From assembly GCA_028714635.1 (NCBI GenBank), contig JAQTLZ010000002.1, positions 121,841 to 185,840 of the forward strand: a stretch of 64,000 bases of DNA, written 5' to 3'. The translations under genes were made by a program, and so were the position numbers. The DNA comes from Minisyncoccota bacterium. Its GTDB lineage: Bacteria; Patescibacteriota; Minisyncoccia; Phycocordibacterales; JAQTLZ01. The notes under the pieces are model-generated. The model saw only the letters and a list, made by a program, of their open reading frames with translations. It made no database searches and was not told the DNA's origin. Shown in pieces: positions 34,514 to 45,004 of this stretch; within the stretch, counting starts at the first letter, position 1, and each line of letters begins with the position of its first letter.

Positions 34514-37500
34514 ATGTCCGAGAAAGAAACAGACAAAAAAGTGAAAAGCCCTTTAGCTCTCCGTGAAGAGGAGATTCTTCGATTTTGGCAGGAAAAGAAA
34601 ATTTTTGAGAAGACAGAAGAGGCAGGCAGAGGGCAGAAGGAATTTGTTTTCTATGAGGGACCGCCGACCGCGAATGGTCGGCCGGGAATCCATCATCTCG
34701 AAGCTCGGGCATTTAAAGACATCATTCCTCGCTATAAAACGATGCGAGGATATCACGTGCGCAGAAAAGGCGGCTGGGATACGCATGGGCTTCCGGTTGA
34801 GCTTGAAGTTGAGAAAAAACTCGGTCTCAAATCAAAAAAAGAGATCGAACAGTACGGCATCGCTAGATTTAACGCGGAGTGCAAAGAAAGTGTTTGGAAA
34901 TACGTGGACGAATGGAAACAATTTACCGAGCGAATGGGGTATTGGATCGATCTGAAAAATCCCTACATCACTTACGAGCCTTCGTATATGGAATCGCTTT
35001 GGAATGTGATGAAGACGGTGGATGAGAAAAAACTTCTCTACAAAGATTATCGAATTGTACCGTGGTGTCCGCGTTGTGGAACTGCGCTGTCGAGTCATGA
35101 ACTTGCCCAAGGCTATGCAGAAGTAAAAGATATTTCGGTTTACGCGAAATTTGAGCTCGTCGATGAGCCGGGTACATTTGTGTTGGCGTGGACGACGACA
35201 CCTTGGACATTGCCGGGGAATGTTGCTCTCGCAGTTGGGCCGAAAATCAAATATGTGAAAGTAAAGATTGGGAATGAGTTCTTTATTTTGGCGAAAGAGA
35301 GGCTTTCAATTCTGAAAGACAAAGCGCACGAAATGGTGGAGGAGTTTGATGCCGGAAAGATTATCGGGAAATCCTACAAACCGCTTTTCAATGCTTTTTC
35401 TGACCCAAAAATCCTAAACAAAGAAAATGCGTGGAAAATTTATGGAGCGGATTTTGTCACAACAACTGACGGAACCGGAGTGGTGCATATCGCGCCCATG
35501 TATGGAGCAGACGATTTCGCACTTGCGACGAAAGTAAATTTGCCGAAATATCATACGGTTACTCCAGCAGGCGCTTTTAATGCAGATAAAAATCTTCCGG
35601 GAAACATTTCAGGCATTTCTATTTCTTCCGAAGAGGATCGTAAAAAAGGGAACATTGAGATCCTTAAATATCTTCAGGAAAAAAATCTCTATTTCGATAA
35701 AGAATCTCATGCGCATGAATATCCTTTTTGTTGGCGCTGTAAAACCCCGCTTATCTATTACGCCCGCGATTCCTGGTATATCAAAATGTCTTCTCTTCGC
35801 GACAAATTGGTAAAAGAAAATGAAAAGATAAATTGGGAGCCAGACTATATCAAAGAGGGACGTTTCGGAGAATGGCTTCGCGAAGTGAAAGATTGGGCGA
35901 TCTCCCGCGAGCGCTATTGGGGCACACCTTTGCCTGTGTGGGAGTGCCAAAAATGCAAAAAACGCGAAGTGATCGGCTCAATCGAGGCTCTCAAAGAAAA
36001 AACATCTCGAAAAAATAAATACTTTCTTGTCCGTCATGGGGAAGCGGAATCGAATTTGACTGGGAAGGTAAGCTGTCGGCCAGATGATCCTTACAAGCTT
36101 ACTGACAAGGGAAGGGAACAAGTCGAGACCACAGCTAAGGCCCTTAAAAAGAAAAAAATCGATGTCATTTTTGTTTCTGATTACATTCGGACAAAAGAGA
36201 CAGCAGAAATTATCCGAGAAGCTTTGAATATTTCTCCTGACAAAGTCATCATCGATGCCCGGCTTCGCGAAGATAATATCGGAGTGTACCAAGGCAAGAC
36301 CTGGAAAGAATATCAGGATGAATATCCGTATCTCGAGCGATTCGTAAAAACTCCAGAAGGCGGAGAGACGCTTGCGGAAGTAAGAAAAAGATCTGGAGAT
36401 TTTCTGTTTGATATTGATTCTCGCTTTGCCGGAAAAAATATTCTGATTGTAAGCCATGATACCCCGATGACTCTGATTCTGGCAGTGGCGCAAGGCTGGA
36501 CGAAGGAAAGAATTCTGCTCGGTCACGAGAGAAAAACTCCCGAACCTTTCTATTTTCTGCCAGCAGAGCTTCGAGAGATTTCTTTTTCTCCCTATCCTCA
36601 CAATGATGACTATGAACTCGATCTTCACCGCCCGTTTATCGATGAAATAAAATTTCCTTGCGACTGTGGCCTGCCCCCTGGCCGGGCAGGCGGCCAGGGC
36701 GGAGAGATGAAACGAGTGAATGAAGTAATGGATGTCTGGTTTGATTCAGGCGCAATGCCGTTCGCCGAGGACCACTATCCATTCGAGAATAAAAAGTGGG
36801 TGGAGAAAGAAGGATTTCCGGCAGACTATATTTCTGAAGCGATTGATCAGACTCGCGGATGGTTTTATACGCTTCATGCTGTGGGAGTGCTTATGGGTTT
36901 CGGCAAGGCGTATAAAAATGTTATTTGTCTCGGGCATATTTTGGATAAGGACGGACAAAAAATGTCCAAATCAAAAGGTAACACGGTAAATCCGTGGGAG
37001 ATGATGGACAAGTATGGCGCTGATCCCCTTCGCTTTTGGATGTATGGCGTCAATCAGCCGGGCGAATCAAAAAACTTCGACGAGAAAACAGTTGATGAGG
37101 GAGTGAAAAAAGTATTCAATTTGCTTTTGAACGTTCTTTCTTTTTACGAGATGAATTCTCCCCAAGAGTTCGAAGTAAGCAAGCCGGGCGCAAGCGAGAA
37201 TGTCTTGGATAGATGGATCGAAGCGAAATTTGCCGAGCTCCTCGCTACAGTAGAAACCGGACTCGATGCGTATCGAGTATTTGAGCCTGCCCGCGCAATT
37301 CGCGATTTTATGGCTGACCTTTCGCAGTGGTATTTGAGGCGTTCTCGTGATCGATTTAAAAGTGATGACGTCTTAGATAGGACGAATGCAGTCCAAACAA
37401 CGCGCACGGTCCTTCTTCAATTGGCGAAACTTATGGCTCCGTTCACTCCGTTTGTTGCGGAAGATGTCTATCGAAGACTCAGGGGCGAGAAGGAGAGTGT

Positions 37501-37984
37501 GCATATGGAAAGCTGGCCAAAGAGAGAAAAAATAGATTCCAAACTTCTGAAAGAAATGGAAGCGGTGAGAAATCTTGTGTCACTCGGGCTCGAAGCTCGC
37601 TCGAAAGCGCTTATCAAGGTCCGCCAGCCGCTCGCGAAGATAACAGTGAAGGCCGAGAAAATGTCTCCAGAACTCGTCGGACTTATGAAAGATGAATTGA
37701 ATGTGAAGGAAGTGATGTTTGATGCGAAACTTTCTTCGAATGTTCTTCTCGATATTGTCATAACTCCTGCGTTAAAAGAAGAAGGAGAATATCGAGAACT
37801 TCTGCGAGTTATCCAAGATTTTAGAAAAGAAAAGAAGCTTCAAGCGAGCGACAAAATTTCGCTTTTTCTGACTGCACCGAAAGAGATCCTGGCAATTGTA
37901 AAAAAATTTGAAACTGAAATAAAAAAGGTTTGCAATGTTACCGGCTTTGAAACGAGGGAAGGCGAGTTTGAGCTTAAGCTGTAA
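34514..37984 (+). CDS. ileS: Isoleucyl-tRNA synthetase (type 2) carrying an inserted histidine-phosphatase (PGAM-like) domain
   Basis: PPTANGRPGIHH (HIGH), GWDTHGLPVE, DVWFDSG, KMSKSKGN. Between CQKC and DLHRPFIDEIKFPCDCG lies a ~200-aa module with LVRHGEAESN (RHG) and IVSHDTPM (second catalytic His). Confidence 0.95.
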   Translation: MSEKETDKKVKSPLALREEEILRFWQEKKIFEKTEEAGRGQKEFVFYEGPPTANGRPGIHHLEARAFKDIIPRYKTMRGYHVRRKGGWDTHGLPVELEVEKKLGLKSKKEIEQYGIARFNAECKESVWKYVDEWKQFTERMGYWIDLKNPYITYEPSYMESLWNVMKTVDEKKLLYKDYRIVPWCPRCGTALSSHELAQGYAEVKDISVYAKFELVDEPGTFVLAWTTTPWTLPGNVALAVGPKIKYVKVKIGNEFFILAKERLSILKDKAHEMVEEFDAGKIIGKSYKPLFNAFSDPKILNKENAWKIYGADFVTTTDGTGVVHIAPMYGADDFALATKVNLPKYHTVTPAGAFNADKNLPGNISGISISSEEDRKKGNIEILKYLQEKNLYFDKESHAHEYPFCWRCKTPLIYYARDSWYIKMSSLRDKLVKENEKINWEPDYIKEGRFGEWLREVKDWAISRERYWGTPLPVWECQKCKKREVIGSIEALKEKTSRKNKYFLVRHGEAESNLTGKVSCRPDDPYKLTDKGREQVETTAKALKKKKIDVIFVSDYIRTKETAEIIREALNISPDKVIIDARLREDNIGVYQGKTWKEYQDEYPYLERFVKTPEGGETLAEVRKRSGDFLFDIDSRFAGKNILIVSHDTPMTLILAVAQGWTKERILLGHERKTPEPFYFLPAELREISFSPYPHNDDYELDLHRPFIDEIKFPCDCGLPPGRAGGQGGEMKRVNEVMDVWFDSGAMPFAEDHYPFENKKWVEKEGFPADYISEAIDQTRGWFYTLHAVGVLMGFGKAYKNVICLGHILDKDGQKMSKSKGNTVNPWEMMDKYGADPLRFWMYGVNQPGESKNFDEKTVDEGVKKVFNLLLNVLSFYEMNSPQEFEVSKPGASENVLDRWIEAKFAELLATVETGLDAYRVFEPARAIRDFMADLSQWYLRRSRDRFKSDDVLDRTNAVQTTRTVLLQLAKLMAPFTPFVAEDVYRRLRGEKESVHMESWPKREKIDSKLLKEMEAVRNLVSLGLEARSKALIKVRQPLAKITVKAEKMSPELVGLMKDELNVKEVMFDAKLSSNVLLDIVITPALKEEGEYRELLRVIQDFRKEKKLQASDKISLFLTAPKEILAIVKKFETEIKKVCNVTGFETREGEFELKL

Positions 37985-37991
37985 GTCTCTC

Positions 37992-38585
37992 ATGCATCAT
38001 ATCTACCAAACAGAAGGGTTTGTTATCGGCGGGACGAATGCCGGCGAGGCAAATCGATATCTCAAAATTTTCACACTTGATTTCGGCATGATCTCTGGTT
38101 CTGCTCAAGGAATCAGACATTTAAAATCAAAACTTCGCTACAGCCTCCAGGATTTTTCCTACAGTTCAGTTTCTTTGGTGAAAGGGAAAGATGTTTGGAG
38201 AGTGGTGAACGCAGAAAAAAAGGAAAATCTCTGGGAACTTTTTCGCAAAGAAAAAAGGAAACTTGAAATTTTCGCCCGCTCTCTTTCGCTTCTCAAAAGA
38301 TTTTTACACGGAGAAGAGAAAAATGAGGCATTGTTTCGTCTTTTTTCTTCCAGCTGTTTCTACCTTGCGAAATCAGAGACTCTTTCTCCAGAGGACCTGC
38401 GTAATTTCGAGTATGTTTTAGTGCTTCGAATTTTGCATAATCTCGGCTATCTCAAAAAACTTCCCATACTTTCGCCTTTTTCGGAGACGGACGCGTGGAA
38501 TCAAGACATTCTTCGAGAAATGGAAGGACACAAAGCGCTTGCACTCGCCGAGATAAATCGCTCATTTACAGAAAGTCACCTCTAG
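37992..38585 (+). CDS. recO: DNA repair protein RecO (short form)
   Basis: N-terminal OB-fold pattern matches RecO (EGFVIGGTNAGEANRYLKIFTLDFGMISGSAQGIRHLKSKLRYSLQDFS), later LRILHNLGY. Confidence 0.65.
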   Translation: MHHIYQTEGFVIGGTNAGEANRYLKIFTLDFGMISGSAQGIRHLKSKLRYSLQDFSYSSVSLVKGKDVWRVVNAEKKENLWELFRKEKRKLEIFARSLSLLKRFLHGEEKNEALFRLFSSSCFYLAKSETLSPEDLRNFEYVLVLRILHNLGYLKKLPILSPFSETDAWNQDILREMEGHKALALAEINRSFTESHL

Positions 38586-38590
38586 ATTTG

Positions 38591-38599
38591 TGGTATAAT
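38591..38599 (+). promoter_or_regulatory. Extended -10 promoter element TGGTATAAT
   Basis: Perfect TGnTATAAT ~25 nt upstream of ATG 38625. Confidence 0.45.
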
Positions 38600-38624
38600 C
38601 CACTACAATCGTTTCTTATTCCCC

Positions 38625-40565
38625 ATGAACCAAGAAAAAGAAGAGAAAAGCAAAATAGATCTGCTTGAGAAAAAGCTCTACAATCGCGATGCGAAACCAT
38701 GGGTTCCGCGCCGAAGAGTTTTACCGCACGAATCTTCAGAAACTCCGAAGGAATGGGATGATTCAAAAGACATAGAGCCGGAGCTCGATTCTCGTGAAGA
38801 TACGCCTGATATGACGCACCGAATTCCAATCTTCCAGAAGATATTCATCGCTTCCGTTCTTTTTTTTATTGTTGCCTCCGCTTTTGGATTTTATATGTAT
38901 TTTCTTGGAGGAAATACTGTTTCTGCGGATAATATTTCCATTTCGGTACTCGGCCCCGTATCAGTCGGAGGGGGAGAGCCGCTTCCGCTCGATGTTACAA
39001 TACAAAACAGGAATAAATCGCCCCTGGAAGCTACAAGTTTGGTCATCACCTATCCTGACGGAACAAAATATGCCAAAGATCTCAGCATCGATTTGCCTCG
39101 GGAGCGCGATGATATCGGTGACCTGGCATCGGGAGACATCTCACATTTTAGAATAAATCCGGTTCTTTTCGGCGAAGAGGGCTCAACGAAAGCGATAAAA
39201 TTCAGTCTCGAGTATCGCATCCGGGATTCGAACGGAATTTTCAACAAGGATTTTACGTATAATGTTGGAATCACTTCGACTCCGATCACCCTTACCATCG
39301 ATTCTTTGAAAGAAATAAATTCCGGCCAGAGCGTGGAAATTACCGCAACTTTGGTTTCAAACTCGCCAGGAGTCATTAATCATTTGCTTTTGAGCGCGAG
39401 CTACCCATTCGGTTTCAGTTTCCAAAGCGCAAATCCAAAGCCGGTGTATCAGAATGCTCTGTGGGATTTGGGTGATGTTGAAACTGGCGGGAAGAGAACA
39501 ATAAAGATACGAGGACAATTGGACGGCCAAGATGGCGAAGAAAGGATTTTTAAGTTCAGTGCCGGACTTCCAAGCGGAAAAAATAATAAATCGATTGGAG
39601 TCGCTTTTCTTTCGGCGTCCGATTCGATAACTATCCAGAAGCCGTTCATCGGTCTTAGCTTAGCTCTCGATGGAAACACATCCAAAGACGCGGTTGTGAA
39701 AAGCGGGCAAACAGTCCGGGCGAAAATAAGTTGGTCAAATAATCTCGCTTCTCAAGTGTTGAGCGGTGCGGTGATAGTGAAATTCAGCGGGAATCTTTTG
39801 AACAAGTCTTCCGTGATTCCGGAACAGGGTTTTTATCGCTCGAGCGATAATACGATTACTTGGGATAAAACAACGAACAACGAACTCCTTGCTCTGGATC
39901 CCGGCGCAGAAGGAAGTCTCGCCTTTCAATTTTCAACATTGCCCCTTGTGCAGGGCGGCGTCTCGATAAGAAACCCTGAGCTTCGCATTGAGGTGAGTGC
40001 GAAGGGGAGCCGCGTTTCCGACAGGGATGTTCCGGAAGAAGTTGATGCGCTCGTTACTCGCAATATAAAAATTTCTACTGATTTGAATCTTTCTTCCCGT
40101 CTCGTGTATTCAATCGGTCCGTTTGAAAATTCCGGACCTCTTCCTCCTCGGGCTGATCAGAAGACCACCTATACCGTGCTTTGGGGCGTGACCAATTCTT
40201 CCAACTCGGTATCTGGAGCGAAAGTTTCTGCTGTTCTGCCTTCGTATGTGGATTGGAAAAATTTGGTAAATCCTTCTTCTGAACAGGTCTCTTTCAATCC
40301 CGTGAGCCGTGAGGTAGTATGGAACCTCGGGAATGTGAAAGAAAATACCGGCGTAACCGCTTCGCCTCGTTCTGTCGCTTTCCAAGTTTTTTTCCTTCCA
40401 AGTGTGAGCCAGATCGGTGCAAGCCCCGTCATGATAGGGGACGCGACTCTTTCTGGAGTTGATGACTGGAATGGAGATGATGTTGGTTCAAGAAACAGAG
40501 CGTTGACCACCGAAATCGTAAGCGATCCAAATTATTCCGAGGGACAGCAGAAAGTGGAGCAATAA
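38625..40565 (+). CDS. Large membrane-anchored surface protein with Ig-like/CARDB-type beta domains
   Basis: Charged cytoplasmic N-terminus, one TM helix, then ~550 aa of beta-rich, Ser/Thr/Asn/Gly-rich extracellular sequence. Confidence 0.8.
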   Translation: MNQEKEEKSKIDLLEKKLYNRDAKPWVPRRRVLPHESSETPKEWDDSKDIEPELDSREDTPDMTHRIPIFQKIFIASVLFFIVASAFGFYMYFLGGNTVSADNISISVLGPVSVGGGEPLPLDVTIQNRNKSPLEATSLVITYPDGTKYAKDLSIDLPRERDDIGDLASGDISHFRINPVLFGEEGSTKAIKFSLEYRIRDSNGIFNKDFTYNVGITSTPITLTIDSLKEINSGQSVEITATLVSNSPGVINHLLLSASYPFGFSFQSANPKPVYQNALWDLGDVETGGKRTIKIRGQLDGQDGEERIFKFSAGLPSGKNNKSIGVAFLSASDSITIQKPFIGLSLALDGNTSKDAVVKSGQTVRAKISWSNNLASQVLSGAVIVKFSGNLLNKSSVIPEQGFYRSSDNTITWDKTTNNELLALDPGAEGSLAFQFSTLPLVQGGVSIRNPELRIEVSAKGSRVSDRDVPEEVDALVTRNIKISTDLNLSSRLVYSIGPFENSGPLPPRADQKTTYTVLWGVTNSSNSVSGAKVSAVLPSYVDWKNLVNPSSEQVSFNPVSREVVWNLGNVKENTGVTASPRSVAFQVFFLPSVSQIGASPVMIGDATLSGVDDWNGDDVGSRNRALTTEIVSDPNYSEGQQKVEQ

Positions 40566-40571
40566 AAAGAA

Positions 40572-41876
40572 ATGGCTGATTCAAAAAAAGAGAATAATAA
40601 AATGGAAAATATTATCGCGCTTTGCAAGCGGCGTGGTTTTGTCTATCAGAGTTCAGAGATTTACGGTGGACTTGCTGGGATGTGGGATTATGGACCCTAT
40701 GGAGTGGCACTTCGAAATAATATAAAAAAGCTCTGGTGGAAGAGGTTCGTGGACGATAGAGAGGATATGTATGGAGTCGATGCTTCTATTTTAATGCGAC
40801 AAGAAGTCTGGCAAGCATCTGGGCATGCCCGTGGATTCGCGGATATGCTTGTTGATTGCACGAAATGCAAGCGCCGTTTCCGTGTTGATCATCTCGAAAA
40901 CAAAGAAGTGTGCCCTGAATGTGGAGGGAAGCTCGGTGAAGCGCGCCAATTCTATATGATGCTCGAAACTCATCTTGGGGCAGTGCAGGACGAATCTTCG
41001 CTGTCGTATCTTCGTCCAGAAACTGCCCAGGGGATGTTTGTGAATTTCAAAAACATTGTTGATTCATTTCATCCAAAACTTCCTTTTGGAATGGCACAAA
41101 TTGGAAAAGCTTTCAGGAATGAAATTGCCCCAAGGGACTTCATTTTCCGTCTTCGCGAACTTGAACAAATGGAAATCGAATATTTTGTCAGGCCTACTGA
41201 TTGGGAAAAATATTTCGAAGAATTCCGCCTACAAATGCACGAGTGGGTAAAAGATATCGGTTTGCAAAAACCTCACGTCCATGAGATTGAGATTAACGCA
41301 GAAGATCGAGCCCACTATTCAAAACGCACGATTGATTTTGAGTTCGATTTTCCTTTTGGCCAGAAAGAACTCTATGGCCTCGCATATCGAACGGATTATG
41401 ATCTTACTGCTCATAAGCTGGATTATTTAGATGAAGAGACAAAAACACGCATTATTCCTCATGTAATTGAACCATCTTTTGGACTTGATCGCACGATGCT
41501 TGCCATTCTTTCTGATGCCTATACTGAAGATGAACTTGGCGGGGAAGTGCGAACGTATTTGAAACTTTCGCCAAAAATCGCACCGGTCAAAGTGGCCGTC
41601 TTTCCGCTTCTCAAAAATAAGCCGGAATTGGTGGCGAAAGCACGAGAAGTATTTGCGATGCTTAAAAAAGAAATCGGCGCAGTTGAATTTGACGACAACG
41701 GCAATATCGGCAAGCGCTACCGCAGGCAAGATGAGATCGGCACTCCGTACTGTATCACGATCGATTTTGATACTATTGAAAAAGATGCTGGCGTAACAGT
41801 TCGCGATCGCGATACTGGAAAGCAAGAAAGAGTCGCACTCGAAGAAATTAGCAAAAAATTACAAGGTATTGTATAA
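40572..41876 (+). CDS. glyQS: Glycyl-tRNA synthetase, alpha2 (GlyQS) type
   Basis: RRGFVYQSSEIYGGLAGMWDYGPYG; class II motifs; C-terminal anticodon-binding domain. Confidence 0.95.
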   Translation: MADSKKENNKMENIIALCKRRGFVYQSSEIYGGLAGMWDYGPYGVALRNNIKKLWWKRFVDDREDMYGVDASILMRQEVWQASGHARGFADMLVDCTKCKRRFRVDHLENKEVCPECGGKLGEARQFYMMLETHLGAVQDESSLSYLRPETAQGMFVNFKNIVDSFHPKLPFGMAQIGKAFRNEIAPRDFIFRLRELEQMEIEYFVRPTDWEKYFEEFRLQMHEWVKDIGLQKPHVHEIEINAEDRAHYSKRTIDFEFDFPFGQKELYGLAYRTDYDLTAHKLDYLDEETKTRIIPHVIEPSFGLDRTMLAILSDAYTEDELGGEVRTYLKLSPKIAPVKVAVFPLLKNKPELVAKAREVFAMLKKEIGAVEFDDNGNIGKRYRRQDEIGTPYCITIDFDTIEKDAGVTVRDRDTGKQERVALEEISKKLQGIV

Positions 41877-41941
41877 CTACTCTAGTTAGTCGTTCCTGTG
41901 ATTTTCCTTCCGTTTACCCGTCTTCTTAAGGAGATTCAAGC

Positions 41942-42484
41942 ATGCCTGCCGCATTTTCCGCTCCAGTAAAGTTTGATCAAAAGCTTTGGTTATACCGCCT
42001 AACCGAATGTGTTCTCGGGGAGATTGGGGCTAACGAAGGCGGAGTAGATACCATAATGGATCAGCAGCTAGCGTTTGTGGCGGCCTTAAAAGAGGTCTGT
42101 CTCACGCACTCTGTGAAGTTTGCTCCCGAACTTAATCTTGTTCGGTCGTTTGAAGTCCTCATATCTGGGCGCTTCTACATTTGTGAAATATTTCGGCTCC
42201 TCTCTAATATCGGAACCGAAGGATTGCTCGAAATCGCCCGGGAATACGAGCGCATCCCCACCGGAATGTTGGGTGCCGGGCTTGTAGCGTTGAAACACGC
42301 TCCACAAGTGCCCACCGACAATTGGGTTGTGTGTCCGGGAGAAAGGGAGTCAGCGCCCGAAGAGGGTGGTCATCTTATGACTTATGTGATTCACCGTGAT
42401 GGTGATGGCGCAGAAGTCTACTTGAACTCTCTTGGTAACGGTTGTACCAGAGGCGCTTACGCGATGTTTCTGCGTGAAAAATAA
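41942..42484 (+). CDS. Hypothetical protein (moderately GC-rich)
   Basis: AAGGAGA RBS; 180-aa globular ORF with no motif recognised. Confidence 0.55.
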   Translation: MPAAFSAPVKFDQKLWLYRLTECVLGEIGANEGGVDTIMDQQLAFVAALKEVCLTHSVKFAPELNLVRSFEVLISGRFYICEIFRLLSNIGTEGLLEIAREYERIPTGMLGAGLVALKHAPQVPTDNWVVCPGERESAPEEGGHLMTYVIHRDGDGAEVYLNSLGNGCTRGAYAMFLREK

Positions 42485-42580
42485 CGTGCTTGACTGTTAC
42501 ATGGCTCTCCCATTCCCGGCAAAAGGATTGAGAGAGTTTTTTTCTTGTCTCTTTCTCTATTTTTCTGTAAGCTGAACACT

Positions 42581-43849
42581 ATGAAATATTCTAAAAAAGT
42601 ACTGCCGAACGGTCTTCGGATTATCACAGTGCCGATGAAAGATAATCCCACCGCGACAGTTATGGTGCTTGTTGAAGCCGGCTCGAAATATGAAACGAAA
42701 GACAAAGCCGGGATTTCTCATTTTCTCGAACACATCTGTTTCAAGGGCACGGAAAAACGCCCATCCTCTTTTCACATCACTCGCGAGCTTGATCAGATCG
42801 GAGCGACGTATAATGCATTCACCAGCCAGGAATTTACCGGCTACTACGCCAAAGCTCGTGCTGAAAATCTTCCAGAGATTCTAGATATTATTTCCGATCT
42901 CTATTTGAATCCTGTTTTTCCCGAAAAAGAAATTGAAAAAGAAAAAGGCGTTATCGTCGAGGAGATTAATATGTACGAAGATACTCCTCAAGATCATGTG
43001 CAGGATATGTTCGTAAAGCTCTTGTACGGTGATCAGCCCGCGGGATGGAATGTCGCCGGGACAAAAGAAGTCGTCACGCGCCTTAAACGCGATGATTTTG
43101 TGAAATATCGGAATAAACATTATGTCTCGAGCGCGACGACCATTGTGGTTGCGGGGCATATTGATGAAGAGAAGGTTATCTCCGAAATAGAAAAGTTATT
43201 TAAAAATATTTCTCGTACTCAAAAAGATGGAAAGCAAAAAGTTATAGAGAAACAAAAAGCGCCGGCAATTTTACTCAAAGAAAGAAAAGGCGATCAAGCG
43301 CATCTTGTGCTCGGCGTGCGCACCTTTGATGTGTATGATAAAAAAAGCAGAGTGGCGAATCTCTTGGCAGGAGTCTTGGGCGGGGGAATGAGCTCGCGTC
43401 TTTTCCAGAAACTTCGGGATGATTTGGGAATTTGTTACTACGTTCACGCCGGGAACGACGCTTCGACTGATCATGGGTATTTTTCTGTCTCGGCTGGGGT
43501 AGATGTGAACAGAGTTGAAGAAGCAATCGGAGCCATACTTGCTGAACTCAAAAAAGCAAAAGAGGAGCTTGTCTCTCTCGAGGAATTAAACCGCGTCAAA
43601 GAATACATCATCGGGCATCTCTATCTCGGACTCGAATCCTCGAATTCTCTTGCGAATTTCTATGGTTTTCAGGAGGTCCTCAAGCGTTCAATCCTTCGTC
43701 CAGAGGAAGTAGTGGCAGAACTCAAAGCCATAACGCCAGAACAGATCCAAACTATCGCAAAAGAAATTTTCCGTGATGAGAGGCTCAACCTCGCTCTCAT
43801 TGGTCCATACTCGGATTCCAAAAAATTCTCTTCGGTTGTAAAGTTCTAA
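42581..43849 (+). CDS. M16-family zinc peptidase (insulinase-like)
   Basis: HFLEHICFKGT (HxxEH inverted zincin motif). Start set at MKYSKK (42581); the ORF track lists an upstream ATG at 42545. Confidence 0.9.
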   Translation: MKYSKKVLPNGLRIITVPMKDNPTATVMVLVEAGSKYETKDKAGISHFLEHICFKGTEKRPSSFHITRELDQIGATYNAFTSQEFTGYYAKARAENLPEILDIISDLYLNPVFPEKEIEKEKGVIVEEINMYEDTPQDHVQDMFVKLLYGDQPAGWNVAGTKEVVTRLKRDDFVKYRNKHYVSSATTIVVAGHIDEEKVISEIEKLFKNISRTQKDGKQKVIEKQKAPAILLKERKGDQAHLVLGVRTFDVYDKKSRVANLLAGVLGGGMSSRLFQKLRDDLGICYYVHAGNDASTDHGYFSVSAGVDVNRVEEAIGAILAELKKAKEELVSLEELNRVKEYIIGHLYLGLESSNSLANFYGFQEVLKRSILRPEEVVAELKAITPEQIQTIAKEIFRDERLNLALIGPYSDSKKFSSVVKF

Positions 43850-43890
43850 ATACCTTTGAAAAGGCCTGTCTTGGGTGATATGATACCCGT

Positions 43891-44961
43891 ATGAACAATG
43901 AGCCCCAAAATACCCTCATTCATATCTCCACGGGCACGATCATTAAAAGTCTCCTGTTTATTATCCTTGTCCTCGCCCTCTATTTTTTAAGAGATATCGT
44001 TCTCATTATTTTGACGGCGATCGTCATTGCATCAGCTATTGAACCAGCGACTCGATATCTTGTAGAGAAAAAAATTCCTCGGACGTTCTCTGTCGTTATT
44101 CTCTATGTACTTGTTATTTTTGCTCTTGCAGCTGTCTTTTATTTCCTTCTACCGACCCTTCTTTCAGAGACGACAAGTTTCTTGGAGAGAATAAACTCCA
44201 TCGATGTCCTCGGATCTTTGAAAGAACAAGGAATACTCTCTCCTGACAATCCGCTCCAAGGCCTTTCTTCGCAGTTTAATCTGCAAGGAGTTATCGGCTC
44301 TGTTCGGGGAGTGGTGAACCAGTTTTCGAGCGGGTTCTTTAATACTGCAAGCATCCTTTTCGGTGGAGCGCTTTCTTTCATTCTCATATTCGTGCTCTCT
44401 TTCTATTTTGCGGTGCAGGAAGACGGAGTGGAAGATTTTCTTCAAGTAGCATCGCCTATTCGGTATAAAAATTATGTAACGGATTTGTGGAAGCGTTCAC
44501 AGAAGAAGATTGGCCTCTGGCTTCAAGGCCAGCTTCTTCTCGGGCTTCTTGTCGGAGTTTTGGATTTTCTTGGCCTTACTATTTTCGGAATTAAGCATGC
44601 GCTTCTTCTCGCGGTCCTCGCAGCACTTTTGGAGATCATTCCGCTTTTCGGCCCAATTCTCTCTGCAATTCCAGGTGTTGCTATCGCGTTTGTGAGCGGA
44701 GGTACCCCGCTTGCGCTTTTAGTGCTTGCTTTGTACGTCATTGTTCAGCAGTTTGAGAATCATCTCATCTATCCTTTGGTGGTAAACAAAATAGTGGGTA
44801 TTTCGCCGATTCTTGTTATCATTTCGCTCCTTGTCGGTTGGAGACTTGCGGGATTCCTTGGGGTGCTTCTTTCTGTCCCGGTCGCGGCGGTATTCATGGA
44901 ATACTATTCTGATGTGCGAAAGAATAAATTCGGGCACCTCACCAAGGTGAGGGAAGGGTAG
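43891..44961 (+). CDS. AI-2E family transporter (PerM/UPF0118)
   Basis: Eight hydrophobic segments; conserved GISPILVIISLLVGWRLAGFLGVLLSVP C-terminal region. Confidence 0.9.
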   Translation: MNNEPQNTLIHISTGTIIKSLLFIILVLALYFLRDIVLIILTAIVIASAIEPATRYLVEKKIPRTFSVVILYVLVIFALAAVFYFLLPTLLSETTSFLERINSIDVLGSLKEQGILSPDNPLQGLSSQFNLQGVIGSVRGVVNQFSSGFFNTASILFGGALSFILIFVLSFYFAVQEDGVEDFLQVASPIRYKNYVTDLWKRSQKKIGLWLQGQLLLGLLVGVLDFLGLTIFGIKHALLLAVLAALLEIIPLFGPILSAIPGVAIAFVSGGTPLALLVLALYVIVQQFENHLIYPLVVNKIVGISPILVIISLLVGWRLAGFLGVLLSVPVAAVFMEYYSDVRKNKFGHLTKVREG

Positions 44962-45004
44962 GGACCCGTCCCGCAAGACCTTGAGTGTTTTGTAATCAAA
45001 AAGC

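Noticed and set aside
35978-36628. 216-aa minus-strand ORF inside ileS
   Set aside because: It is antisense to the histidine-phosphatase insert of ileS. The ileS frame is continuous and motif-rich, so the insert is not a separate reverse-strand gene.
37992-38585. Considered RecO to be truncated (198 aa)
   Set aside because: Its length is within the range of short RecO proteins, and the N-terminal OB domain and the LGY region are present, so there is no evidence of truncation.
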